From contig CDMY01000500.1 of assembly GCA_001179505.1 (NCBI GenBank), forward strand, positions 667 to 64,666: 64,000 nt of DNA, in the 5' to 3' direction. Shown here one piece after another: positions 22,774 through 34,578 of the stretch (position 1 is the stretch's first letter; each line of letters opens with the position of its first letter). The stretch comes from Vitrella brassicaformis CCMP3155. Lineage: Eukaryota; Protista; Chromerida. A program made the position numbers and the translations under genes. The notes under the pieces are model-generated. The model was not told where the DNA came from, did not search any database, and saw only the letters and a program-made list of their open reading frames with translations.

Positions 22774-24289
22774 CTACTGCATCTGCATGACGAACATCCG
22801 CCGCCCACTCGCCGAGGTGACCGTCTCGATGCCGATACGGCGCAGCAAACATTCCTCGCAGAAGCATGGCTCCTGCACACATGAGAAAACAACACAACAC
22901 AACACCACACAAGAGCACACACCCACAGATGTGATGCGCGGGGGCGGGGTGACTGGCCAGGCGTATCTCTCACCTGCTGTGCGGGATACTCGGCGTTCAT
23001 GAGTGTGTCGGTCAGGTTGTACTGGTCGAGGATGGGACGGGCAGCCTCCACAGCGACGGGATGGCGAGCGGCGATGGCCGTGGCGCCCTCCACTGTGCTC
23101 TCCGTCGTGTATATGGCCACATGTCCGTTGCCGACCTGACGCGCACACCAATGGGACACACACACATAGATATGGGGCGGCACGGCACACCGCAGCTTCC
23201 ACTCACTCACCGAAATGAAACTGTTGACGGTGTCGCCGTGTTTCAGCCCCTTGAGCATGATGATTCGCCGCAGGCCATCGTCAGCGCCCCAACGGTAGCT
23301 GAGAGACAAGCAGGAGACTCCATACCTACGCATCGATCCATCTCAGTCAGTGTTCTGCACCGCACCGACCTGTCGTGATAGTCCACCGCCGTGTATCCCT
23401 CCAACCTGTCCGTCAGGAGCGAACGGAAACGTTCGTCCCTCTGACCGACACACCAGACGCAACACTCACTTCTGGTGAGAACTCGGTGGTGAGTACGGAT
23501 CGTGGGGGATATATGTGTGTGCCCACCTTGTTGAGGTCTTCGCTAACGACCACGGTCTCCCGCACCCCCTCCCCCGCTTGCTTCCCGCAGCTGTTGATGA
23601 GGTGCCACACCAGCATGGCGCTGAAGTGGGGAAACGTCAGCGTGCTCTGTACCGTCCGCACGGGCGGATCCTCTGGGTTGTAGCTGGCCCGATACATGTG
23701 GTTCACGCACATCTCGCTGAGCTGCACGACGTGGAATCGCAGTCCGAGGATGCTGTAGTTGCCTTCTCCGTCGCTGCGCTGCAGTGCCATGCTCCTTCCC
23801 CGGTGCGTCAGCTGGTCTCCGATGATGCTGTATGCCGCCATGGCGAGCGGCAGGCGGTTCGTCGACGGGGCGGGGCATGATGACACGATGAGACGTTTCT
23901 GCTGTGGAGGGGTGATGCGGTAGATGTTGGCCATGCGTATGAACGACGCAATGACGCTCCACTCATACGTGCCCTGCTCAAGCCTAAGAGGTGCAAAGAC
24001 GCACAGAAACGTAGATCAATGGATCCTTGGGCACGAACGGTAGTGTCTGTTGGACTTACATATCAGCAGAATTCGATAGCCACCCCGCGTCATCCTCACC
24101 GGCACCCTTGATCTCAAGCAGGCCATCGAGAGAGTGGCGAGCGAGGGGGGTATTGATGCGCTCTATGACACGCGCCATTGGAACCTTCTTTCCCCGGGCC
24201 CTTGCGAGCTTTGAAGCGATCATCGGTGTCTTCCTTCCCGTCTCCATTTCTTCTTCCGGAGCTCTCTGTGGGGCATTCCCTGCCTGCAT
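22774..24289 (-). CDS. Six-exon member of the same lineage-specific family as 3804-4829
   Basis: Spliced: ...ADM|LEQGTYEWSVIASFIRMANIYRITP...LPLAMAAYSIIGDQLT...RDERFRSLLTD...VGNGHVAIYTTE... aligns block by block with the 3804-4829 protein; five GT-AG introns keep frame. Confidence 0.7.
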
Positions 24290-24392
24290 TCCCTATTCTC
24301 ATTGCAAGTTTCATCCTTTCCTCTGACAACCATTCCCTATCCTTTCTCGGAGCGCCGATTGCCGCTTTATCCCTCTACTATCGTCAGCTGCA

Positions 24393-27300
24393 ATGAAGCG
24401 CTTTCTGATCCTGATTATCCTCTCACTCAGCCTGAGCGTCCAGTCTGCATCCACTTCTCAGCTGGGAGCACAACATGCCGGGGCCTCCTTCCCTTCTGAG
24501 ACCACTCATCGAATCGTCGAGAACCTGGATGACGCTGCCACTGCAAAGCGGCTCCGGGATGAGTTCCGTCAGCTACCATCATTGCTGCAGCTCGTCAATC
24601 AGACGTCAGCTAAATCACTGCAGAATGCCACTGACGACAGGTGGTCGGCGCTGGCGAGGATACTCCCTACTTCTGCGGTCCATGACACCATCAGTCGGCT
24701 GATATACATGGTAAAGGCCCTCAGAGACCTTATCCCGTCGAAGGCTAAGCCTCCCGTGAATGAATCGCATGTGCCCTACGCCCCTTCTTTTGACCGAAAG
24801 AACATCCCCTACTACAATCCCCTGAAGCACGAGGTCTCTCGTGCGCCCTCGATTACACCGACCTTCCCGCTGTATAGAGAAGGTGCGGCACAAGCCAAAG
24901 CTCAGAAACCGAAAGCTGGCTATCGGCCGGCAGAGGAGCATGTTTTCCCCGAGACAATCGCACCTGCAAAAATCGAGGAGCAAGTGCCTGTGGAAGTGCG
25001 GATCCCGCTGCCCTATCGGCCACCGACAGAACCCACAATGCCGCTCCGCAACTTCTCTGATTTCAACCTGGGTGGCCAGCAGGTATGGCGAGCTCTTGCA
25101 GGTAGAGACATGGCTCCTCACGAGCTCGAAAGGATTCCGCCGGCTCCTTACCCCTCTGAGAGACGTCCTCCCTCTGTCCCCCAAAAGATGCTTCCAGAGG
25201 AGCCCCCAGTGTCACCCTATATAGGGGAAATGAAACCGAATGGGTATGCTACAGAGGCAATGAAAGAGGGACTACTGTCTTTGAGTGTGTGATGCTGGTC
25301 TGTTGGGCTGATCTGTTGAACGCAGGACGCGACAGCCTGTCGCGCCTGCCCCTTATCACGTCCACATCCATGTGAAGATACCCATGCCTCCGACCGCCCC
25401 AACCACTCCGCCTGCGCCAGTAGTTCCTAAGAAGAAGGCAGAGAGCAGTACTGCGTCACCGGCAGAAGAGGAGGAGACGACAGAAGAAGAGCTGGAGGAG
25501 GTGACAGGCCATCGCCCGTCAAGAGAGAAGCCCCTTGAGCCAGTGACGGGCCATCCCCCACCAGAAGAGGAGGAAACGACGGAAGAAGAGCTGGAAGAGG
25601 TGACAGGCCATCGCCCGTCAACAGAGAAGCCCCCTGAGCCAGTGACGGGCCACACGCCAACCCGAGCCCCTGCGCGCGGCAAATTAGAAGAAGGGGAGTG
25701 GATTCCAATCGAGAAAGAGAGGGCCCTGGAGAAGGTGACAGGCCATCCTCCTCCTTCGCCGCCTGTGACACCAAAGGAAGAAAGAGAACAACGACTCGAA
25801 GAGACACGGGGCCATCGGCCGCTAGAACAAAGGCATGAGGGCGAGAAACAGCTCGAGAAGACAGAAGGGCATTCAAAGGAGAGGAAGGCTTTTCGTCGCG
25901 TGCCTGTGCCATGGTATGAGCCACGTGTCAGCTCACCAGGCTTTCGACAGCCAGAAGCGCCAGCAAAAGAGCTCCCACCGATGCCCCCTGAAGTTGCTGA
26001 GAAGAAAAAAATCGAAGAGGAACTTGCACCAGAGGGAGAATCTTACTTGGACGAGCTCGACTGGATTCCTGTCAGCCATCCAATGTTTGAAAAAGAGTCA
26101 CCTGAGCCCATGTCTGTTCGTGAGGTTCATCCATTTCCAGCCGGAGCACCACCCGAAGCGCCTATAGCAGCCATGAGAAGAGGAGAGGAGCTTGAAGAAG
26201 AGTCACAGCCACGAGAGCGAGTTCGAGTCGGGAGGAAAGAAATCGCCCGCCGGGTCCATGCAGCAAAGCCAAAACCTCCGCCGAGGCGGACAAAGACACC
26301 AGTCCCTCTGGACATGGGTGCCACTCTGAAAGAGTCCCTCGAAAGATGTACCGGCATTACAGAGGAGTTGAGAAAGGAAAAAGCGGACATTCACGAGGAG
26401 GTAACCACAAAAAGCAATGTCAATGCCATGTGATTGCCATTTGCATGCAATTCAGCTGATTCGATCCATCCGCACGGAAAACTATAATCGCTTCCTCAAA
26501 ACCCTGTGCACACTGGTGAGAGTCCATTCAATGAACTGTCCTCGCGAAGATCATGTGTTCTGTCAATTTCATCTCAGAAATCTCCAGAACTCAACTACAA
26601 GACGAGAGTGAGCGAATCGCGCGATGATTCGGCACGCTTGCGACCGTCTTGTGCGTGTTGTTGCCAGGCGGGAGGAGACACTGCTTTGACCACTGCGATG
26701 AAGCTGCGGCTTGATGCGGAAAGGTTTGTAGAAGCCTTGTTGGAGGGCGGAGCCGACATAAACCTTCCCAGAGGGGTAACACAACATGCGGCACGCCAAC
26801 CAGCTTACGTCTGTCGTTTTCGTCAGGATGGAACGACGCCTTTGATGCGTGCTGTACTCGGCCATAATCCAGGCATCGTGCAGCTTGTCCTCGACAAGAA
26901 GGCTGACATGGATATTCAAGACGCGGCAAGTCGAATCTCACAGTACTGCAGGATTTAAGGCATGAGCTTTCATGTCTTGTCTGGACAGAATGGCAAAAGT
27001 GCGTTGATGCATGCCGTCGAGGGCGGTGACGATGATTTAATGCGCTTGCTGGTCAAGTCGGGCGCAGACCTCACAAAGAAGACAAAGGTAGAGATGTTTT
27101 TACCCATGTATACTCAGCATGTGCCACTGTGTCTCTCCAGAAAGGAGATACGGCGCTTCATCTTGCTATCCGTAGGGGAAGTGTTCCCGCCCTTCAAGCT
27201 TTCATAGCGGCTGTCGAGGACAGAGAGAAAGCAACGGGCCCTACCGATGTCGGTGGTGAGAAAGGAAAAGAAGAGCCAAGGCCACCACCTCACAAAAGCA

Positions 27301-30300
27301 GCGACGAGGGAGTGGAGGAGAAGCCGACAGAGATGACCGAGGGACACACGCCAACCCGACGCCCTGCGCGCGGCAAATTGGAAGAAGGGGAGTGGATTCC
27401 TATCGAGAAAGAGAAGCCCCCTGCAAGTCGCGAGGAGGAACCATCGACTGGCAAGAACGCCGCGACACCATCAGCGACTACGTCCGAGGGCGGCGCGGCA
27501 TCTTTCGTGGAGCCTGAGGACGATGTGAGCTTCAGCAGCCTCGTAGATGCTTCTACAGAGACGCGAGTTTTCGTGCAGAGACATCGCGAAAGACGAGATG
27601 ATGAGAGCCAGAGCGCGGCATCGCCTCTGCTAGATATCACTGCGCCGAATCTGGTCAGGAGCAAGAGAGGAAAACGGGAAAAATCGATTAGTGCTTTGGA
27701 CGTTTTGTGCTGTGCGTATGCTCGCTAGGTGTCCGACACGCCTCTTTCGACTGCATTAACTTATGCAGTTGAGCGAACGCAGAATTTTTCTGTTCTCTTT
27801 TACCGTGTTTTGTCTTTCTCAGGAAGATTCATTTGCACGGCTTTTGCTTGAGAAGGGCGTGGCGCCAAACCCCGAAAACCTGCACAAATACAATCCTCAC
27901 GGTGTTTCACCAATTATCAACGCAGCATCCAATAACTTTGCCGAAGATATTATGATGAAAGTCATTAAGGTGAAAAAACACACGACTGTCAGCAGGAATG
28001 TGTCTTGATGCTTTATCGATGCCTCTTTGTGTGCCGCGCTCAGCTGGCAGAAAAGGGGCGAGATGCTTTCCTGTGCACGGCCAAGGACGATAAAGGAAGG
28101 GGTCTCATATGGTACGCGGCAAGCCTGATGCGCCTTTTGTTGTCTCATCGGTTCTTGCTCTAAGTGGGAGGCGCACAATGGCCATGTACGAGCTATCAAG
28201 GAGCTCTTGAGCCATTTCAAGGCTGTAGTCGAAGCCAGACTGCCAGGATCCAAGTTCTGCGATCCACACAAACCAGATGAAGCAGGTACTCGATTGAGTC
28301 ACTCAGTTCCGCCAACAGTCTGACATCGTGTTTCTTGGCAGGCGACACACCTCTGCTGGCGGCCATGGAGAGCGGCAACAACCTCGGTGACCTGGAGGGC
28401 ATCAAGACACTTTATACCTGTCTCAACCCAGTGGATGGAGACACAGCTATTCTCGATGCTCTCCAACAAACAAAGGACTTCGACATCATCAGCAGACTGA
28501 TTTCGCGCAGGCCTTCGCCGGTAGAACCCACATTCATGCGATCGATATAGTGGCGCTCGGCTCGGTCTCCTTGTGTGTCTGTTTGTTTGTTTGTTTGTTT
28601 GTTTGTTTGCTGGCGCAGAGCTTCGACCTCCTCCGTTTCGACACACCGAACGATCTCTCTGAGACTGCCCTGCCGAAGTCTGTCGCCCTACAGAAGAAGA
28701 ACAGCTTTCGACTGCTCCTCCGAGTTGCAGTCGAGGGCGAATTCTTCAAGGAAATCGACAAGGCCCTTTACACAGCGGCATGTAAGCAATCCGTACGAGC
28801 CTCGAATGGGCAAATGCCAATTTTTGGTTTGCAGTGATGATGAGTGACGATGAGGTCGACGCAATAATCGAGGCTCGTCCCAAGGCCGTCGAAAACGTGC
28901 TGTCGATGCTTCAGTACAAGTAAGAACTGTATCGTCTGCAGAAGGCCTTGATTGGTGGGTTGCCCGCTGCAGGGGTCCTCGAGATAGTAATGCAGCTCTC
29001 CACATCCTCGACATGCTGCCATCCAATTTTCCGAAATTCACAGATCCGAAAGATGCAAATCCCCTGCGGGTAAGCCTTCTCAATGAACAGTCACGTATGT
29101 TTCTCGGATAGCCATGCGTATTTCTGTCTGTATAGAGGGCGACACTTGCGTCTGAGCTGGCAGTTGTGCGCAAGATGACCGCCCCTAGCCACTACCCCTT
29201 CCTCACGCCGCGGCACTTGAAGCTCACATTGCAAGCGGTGATTGAACAAGTACGAAATCCACATATCTTTCTCCAGCAAAGAGCGATCGTGGAGAGGAGA
29301 GATAACAACACGTCAATATCGCACCGAGATGCAGAAGCCTTGAGCAGCACCAACTCGTCTGAAGCCCCGCCTAGTGAACCTGATTCGATACGGCGGCTGA
29401 TGGCTTCACAGGGTATTCTCGCGGCGGTGCGGCGAGCAAACATCTCTGAGACGGCCAAGGAGATGAAGAAGAGGGGCGACGACAAGTATGCGTCCACCGA
29501 TGCAGCCGACAGCGCCAGCCGCAACAAGCGAAGGACGGCGATCCTTGCGACTCTTTTCAAGTAAATGACATGATGATTCGAAAATGGCTGTCAAGGCAAT
29601 GCTGTCATTGTTGTGCAGCTGTCCGGTTGTCGATGTGGATTCGTTTCTTAAGCGCTTCACTTTGATCGTGACCATAATCTCGTCGGTGTCTTATGCTTTG
29701 TGGCTTGTTGTGATTTCACTGCTCGTCTACATGACTTCCTGGCCCCACATCGTAAGCAAAGCCATATCGCAGCCTGTGGGCTCGTATGGATGGATAGACG
29801 GATGGACGCGTACATCCATCCTCGTGGTCTTGCTGCATCCAGGATATTATAAGCCTTCTGCCTGAGCCATCCGACTACAGCTTTAGTAAAGGTGACCAAG
29901 GGCAAGGACAGAGCTAAGACAGACGTGAGCACCGGGTGTGTCTTGGCTCTTCACAGCGTCATGGATATCCGTCCTCTCGTTTGTCGGCCACCAAACGACT
30001 GCCTTTGCATGGTAAGACAGGAGACATGGTCCAGTCAAGTAGTCGCGTTTTGTATTTCTGTCAACCCAATCAGGGATGTGACGACTATGGAGATGATTAT
30101 TCACTGGGCGATGATCGTCATGCGCCTTGTGAGCCTCTTCGGCGTCATCGCATACCTCTTCTACGTGCAGCGGTTCCTCCACGCCATCTTTCCCTTGGTG
30201 CTGGCCGTCCTGGTGGCAATGATTCGGGGCGTCCAGTCCTTTTGCTTCAACACAAAGGACAACCGAAGCATGGGCACAGGTGAGAAGGATCCACGGCTCC

Positions 30301-32160
30301 TGAGCCTCAGCCAAATTACGCCGACAATGTTAATGTGCCCGATGGATGGCAACAGATCTGCTAAGGCCAGGCACAGAAGCCGAGGATTTCTGGGCGGACG
30401 ACTTGGAGAACCTGATTGCCCAACCCGAGTACCACGACAAACCCGAGCACCTCCGCGTGAGTAGTGCAAGCTGGTCTCCTTTTTTGTTTGCATCACTTGT
30501 TGCTGGTTGCTTTCCTCCTCAGGACTACTACGAGGGACTGAAGCTGGCGACTCGGGTGACGATGCCTCAGTACCTGACCGTATGTGTCGTCTCGGGCACG
30601 GCGGCCTTCATCTTCTCGATGGCTTCGTGCATCCTTCGGCTGGCATTCATGAACTATCTGGAGTTCTACCGATTCACTCGGGCTTATGAGCTCACCAGAG
30701 ACTACCTGTGAGACAGAACCCATACAGACATCCGCTTGCATTGTCTCGTGTGTATTGCAGCTGGTTGGCCGTGATTGCGGAGCTGCTGCTGATTCTCAAC
30801 ACGTGGATCATCGCTATGGATTTCATGAAGCCCCTGAGTCTGCTTATTCTGCAGTCGTCGTCTCACTGGCGGCTGCTTAAGCACTTCATGCGTGATTATA
30901 ACCACAGGGGGCTCATCGAGGTCAGCGACGAGGAGTTCAACCAGACACTCACCGACTGGCTGGACGCACGGTGGGCGGGACACACGCTTATTCGCGCGTC
31001 CATCTGTGCGCCGGCCATTTCATGCTTGCTGCCTGCCAGGCAAGACATACTTGACAAGTTGGAGCTCCGCCGCAATGCCTTGCGGGCGCCTTCTCCTCTA
31101 TATCAGCAATCCTACTCAGTAAGTGCATCCTTGCGTACACGTCTTTTCTCGAACATCCTCTTTGTGTGCGGTGTGTTTGATGTGTCAGTCCTCTTGATAT
31201 GGCAGGCGGCCTTTGCGGTGTACTGCTTCTTGTCGGGCGACACCGGCTATAAGTACCTGTCAACCATACTGACGGAGGAGCTGAGCTTCTACTTGTATAT
31301 CCTGGCTGTGAGCGGCATCCTCTTGTGCATCGTGACCATCATATTCGGCGGACTCGCAAACGATGTAAGCAAGGCAGAACGGGATCTGTATGTTGCGTTG
31401 TTTTTCGTTTGTGGATGGCCATCTGTCACCGATAAGGTGGCGTCCAAGCACTGGTTCCGTCTGAATGACCTGCTGCGCCGCCTGCCACACACAGCCGAGA
31501 GAAGAAAGAGCCTCGAGCGGGCATCCATGTCTCTCAAACCTGAAGACCCTGCCTTCACGGTATACCAAGCCGCTGGAGTATCCCCTCCCAACCCCATCTG
31601 TGTGCTCTTGTCTGTGCAGGTGTGGGGCATCACACTGACTCCCATGGTGTCTTTCGTCCTTACCTTCCTCCTGGTGACGTGCATCATCCTTGGATCACTT
31701 GTGTAAGCATTCACAGGCATATTCTCGATTTTTCAGCATCATGATTGCGTGTATGCGCTGCAGCTATGCCGACAAGAGCGTTATGGACCGATTTGCACCG
31801 CAGGAAGACAGGCTGGCAATGCCCCAGGATACGGCATCGAGGCTTCAGCTAAACGAGGGAATGATAACGCATGCGGCACTCAGACGGCCGGGGACAGACG
31901 TGTTGGATCTGCCCACTGACGACAAAAGGAGAAGAGACCGTGTCAGTGAGTCTCTCCCAGAGATCAACGCGACCGTAAACAAGACATACCAGCACGCCGG
32001 CAACCGGACGTCGCTGTCCCATGGCACGCTATTTGAGTGGCTGCTGGGGCGCCCGTCGAGCTTGTCTGCATCCCTTATCAGCCTGAAACCGTATATACGG
32101 CATGACTCCGCCAGCGATGAGTCACAGGAACTTCAAGGCGAGATGAATAGCAAAAGATAG
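24393..32160 (+). CDS. Very large multi-exon protein: hydrophobic N-terminus, Pro/Glu-rich repeats, two ankyrin-repeat clusters, ~7-8 TM C-terminal domain resembling gustatory-receptor-like (7TMIC/DUF3537) proteins
   Basis: Continuous in-frame splicing path through more than 20 introns; ankyrin motifs GDTALTTA, DGTTPLMRAV, NGKSALMHAV, KGDTALHLAI, KGRGLIWYAAHNGH, GDTPLLAAM; TM region ending ...VSGILLCIVTIIFGGLANDVASKHW...PAFTVWGITLTPMVSFVLTFLLVTCIILGSLV. Confidence 0.7.
25450..25830 (+). repeat. Coding tandem repeats EEEETTEEELEEVTGHRPSxEKPxEPVTGH and degenerate xEKVTGH/ETRGH units
   Basis: Two ~90 bp near-identical units (25465-25555, 25564-25654) plus shorter degenerate copies. Confidence 0.85.
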
Positions 32161-32480
32161 GGCAGTGGCGACCAGCGTACTGAGGATGGAAGGGCGACAA
32201 GGAAGGAGTGATGCATGTAGGCGGGAGGAGACATAGATTGGTGACTGTCTTTGGTACAGTACTCTGTGGCTTGAAGCGATTGTTTGCGTCCGGCCGCAGT
32301 CCGGCGCTTAGCGAGTGAAGGTAGCATCTATGTGATTGGCTTTTGGACATCATTGCAGTGTGTCGTGAGAGACCTTGAGTGCGTCTTTTTTTTAACTGTT
32401 TTCCAACGGCTGCCGTACGCGGTACTGTGGCTGTGTGTGTGTGTGTGCTGGGGCGGGAATCTCCGAGACTGCGTGTCGAG

Positions 32481-34578
32481 ATGCCACGCCCTCCATGCCC
32501 TTTTCCCCTTTGCTGTGTGCTCCTCCTTGCCACTCTCTCGCGATGTCAGCTCACACCAAAAGCGGAGGAACAACTCGAGAAGATAGTCGACCAAGTCGGC
32601 ACACTCTTGACGGGCCGGCGAGAGAAACCTGGGACTGAAGGTTGATGAAGCTCCCCAGTTGCCTGCGTAGGTATGTGCATGACATTGTATGCTTTGTTCC
32701 AGATGCCCCGATAGCGCCAGCGAACGGCTCCAGCCTCGGGTGTCCAGTGTTCAGCATGGTGCCTCCGCAGCCCAAAAGTGACGGTCGAGTCGACTTTTCA
32801 TCCGCACCCGCAGAGACCCTGCCCGCAGACAGCGAGCACTACATCGCCCTGCAATTGGTGGGGGGTGCAAAGCGAAGCACCCACACAAGTAAAGCGACCA
32901 AAGCTCTTGGGTGCCGTCTGTGCATGGCATGCAGAGCCGGGCCGAGATGATGGGCTTCACCCACGTCATCCTTGCAGCCAACTCGCGAAGCGGCAACGCC
33001 GACATCCTCGTGCAGTCACACAATGGGTGGATCTGAACGCACAGAAGGCGGGCGGCATAGGTACCCTTTTCTTTGTCTGTGTCATGACAGCACGGTGTAC
33101 GGGCGATCGAGCGCACCTTCTGATGGTGACAATGGGCTGTATGAGGATTATGTGGTGCTGCCTGTGGAGAGCGGGGCGACGGCCCATGCATTCGTCGTCC
33201 CTGTCGGCAACACACACGCCGATGTGGTCAGTCAATTGCAGTCAGCGGACACACACACGGATCCATCTCTGTCGGCCTGTCTGAGTGCCTGTGTGTCCTC
33301 TGCCCATGTGTGTGTGCAGACGGTGTTGCTGTCGTTCCACAAAGACGGCGATTGTGTGGTGCCCTTCAAGATCACCGGCCTCGACAAACCCGTCAGCGAC
33401 CCCTCAGTCGACCTGAGCGACAACGCAGCGCCGCAGCTGGCGGACGACGCTCCTCGCCCACTGCCGAACACTTCGATGCCCACATTCGCCACTTACAAGC
33501 AGCTGCCTGGGATGCCTGAGGGGCAAGCGGCTGTGGCCAAGCGATTGATCGACGGCATCAGACAGGGCAACGACACAGCCCAGCTGTTGGAGAATGGCGG
33601 GCTGGAGCCGGCGGAGTATCGACTTGCCGAGGGTGTCCTCCACACACTGTGGAAGGCCAAGGTCAGTGGAGGCGGGTGTCATGGTTGCCGGCCGGCTGTA
33701 GTGCGTGGCGTGGAATGGTCTCTGCAGGACGTCCCGGACCCCGAGCAATATTATTATGACTAGTCCGCGAGAGAGACGGGAGGGTGAGAGAAAGCAGACA
33801 CGACCGTGCATGTTGCCATGTCGTTCTTGCAGCTACTATTATTCTTATTACGGATAGTAAGACAAAATGAAGGCAGGCCGGCCGGCTCCCAGCGTGCAAG
33901 TGCCCATTCGTTTGTGTCCCTGTCCGCTCCGCTCCCTCCAGCTACCCCTACTAGTAAGTGTCGCTCACTATAGCCGCACACACAGCTTTCAGGGCTCACG
34001 TGTTGCGTTGATCTGATCCGTCGTATTTTCTGTCAGCTATTATTACTCCTACCCCTATTATTACATCTAGTCAGCGCAGCGCACAGCACACACTGTCGAC
34101 ACATGGGCCGAACTTATGGGTCGTTGTTGTGTGTGTTGATGTGCCTGCTGCTGTTGGCTCCCCCATTCTTATGCCGGCAAACGGCAGCTACTAGTGAGTC
34201 GCACACACACAGAGACACGACCGCATCTTGATGGGATGCACACAGAGACTGTGTGTGTCTCTGCCTGCCTGCCTGTCTGTCTGTATGTCTGTCAGTTACT
34301 ACCCCTACTAGTAAGTGAAGACCTAACAAAGGGCGGTACAGGTGAGCCTGCAGATGCGATTGTCACTCCTGTCCCTCCTGTCCTGCATCGATATCGGCGC
34401 TCGTCTCATCTGAGCAGCTACTACTAGTAAGGAACCCTTACTAGTACTACTATTATTAGTGCGTCTGGGCTCTGCGAAAAGATAAACATGGCCCTGATTG
34501 ATCTCTTTCGTTTGTGTTGTGTGTGCGCGCGTCTGTGTGTGTGGTTCTGTGTGCAGCTACCGGCTAGGAGCCCAATAG
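32481..34578 (+). CDS. Secreted hypothetical protein with a microexon-encoded poly-tyrosine tail
   Basis: Signal peptide MPRPPCPFPLCCVLLLATLSRCQ; five larger exons to DVPDPEQYYYD, then microexons 33833-33856, 33942-33953, 34037-34069, 34188-34193, 34296-34310, 34418-34426 and last exon 34557-34578, all bounded by cag/gt sites. Confidence 0.7.

Noticed and set aside
34335-34350. AG|GTGAGC site inside a microexon intron as a recursive (zero-length exon) splice site
   Set aside because: It would leave a 31-nt first intron, well below the ~50-130 nt introns seen here
33830-34450. Recurring ctactagtaag/ctactatt motifs with ~80-130 bp unique spacers, superficially CRISPR-like
   Set aside because: The units vary in length, are eukaryotic, have no cas genes nearby, and are fully explained as Tyr-codon microexons plus GT donors
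34441-34460. Extra tactactattatta unit followed by gtgcgt as a seventh microexon
   Set aside because: 14 nt (not a multiple of 3) and only ~17 nt from the previous donor; at most a decayed remnant
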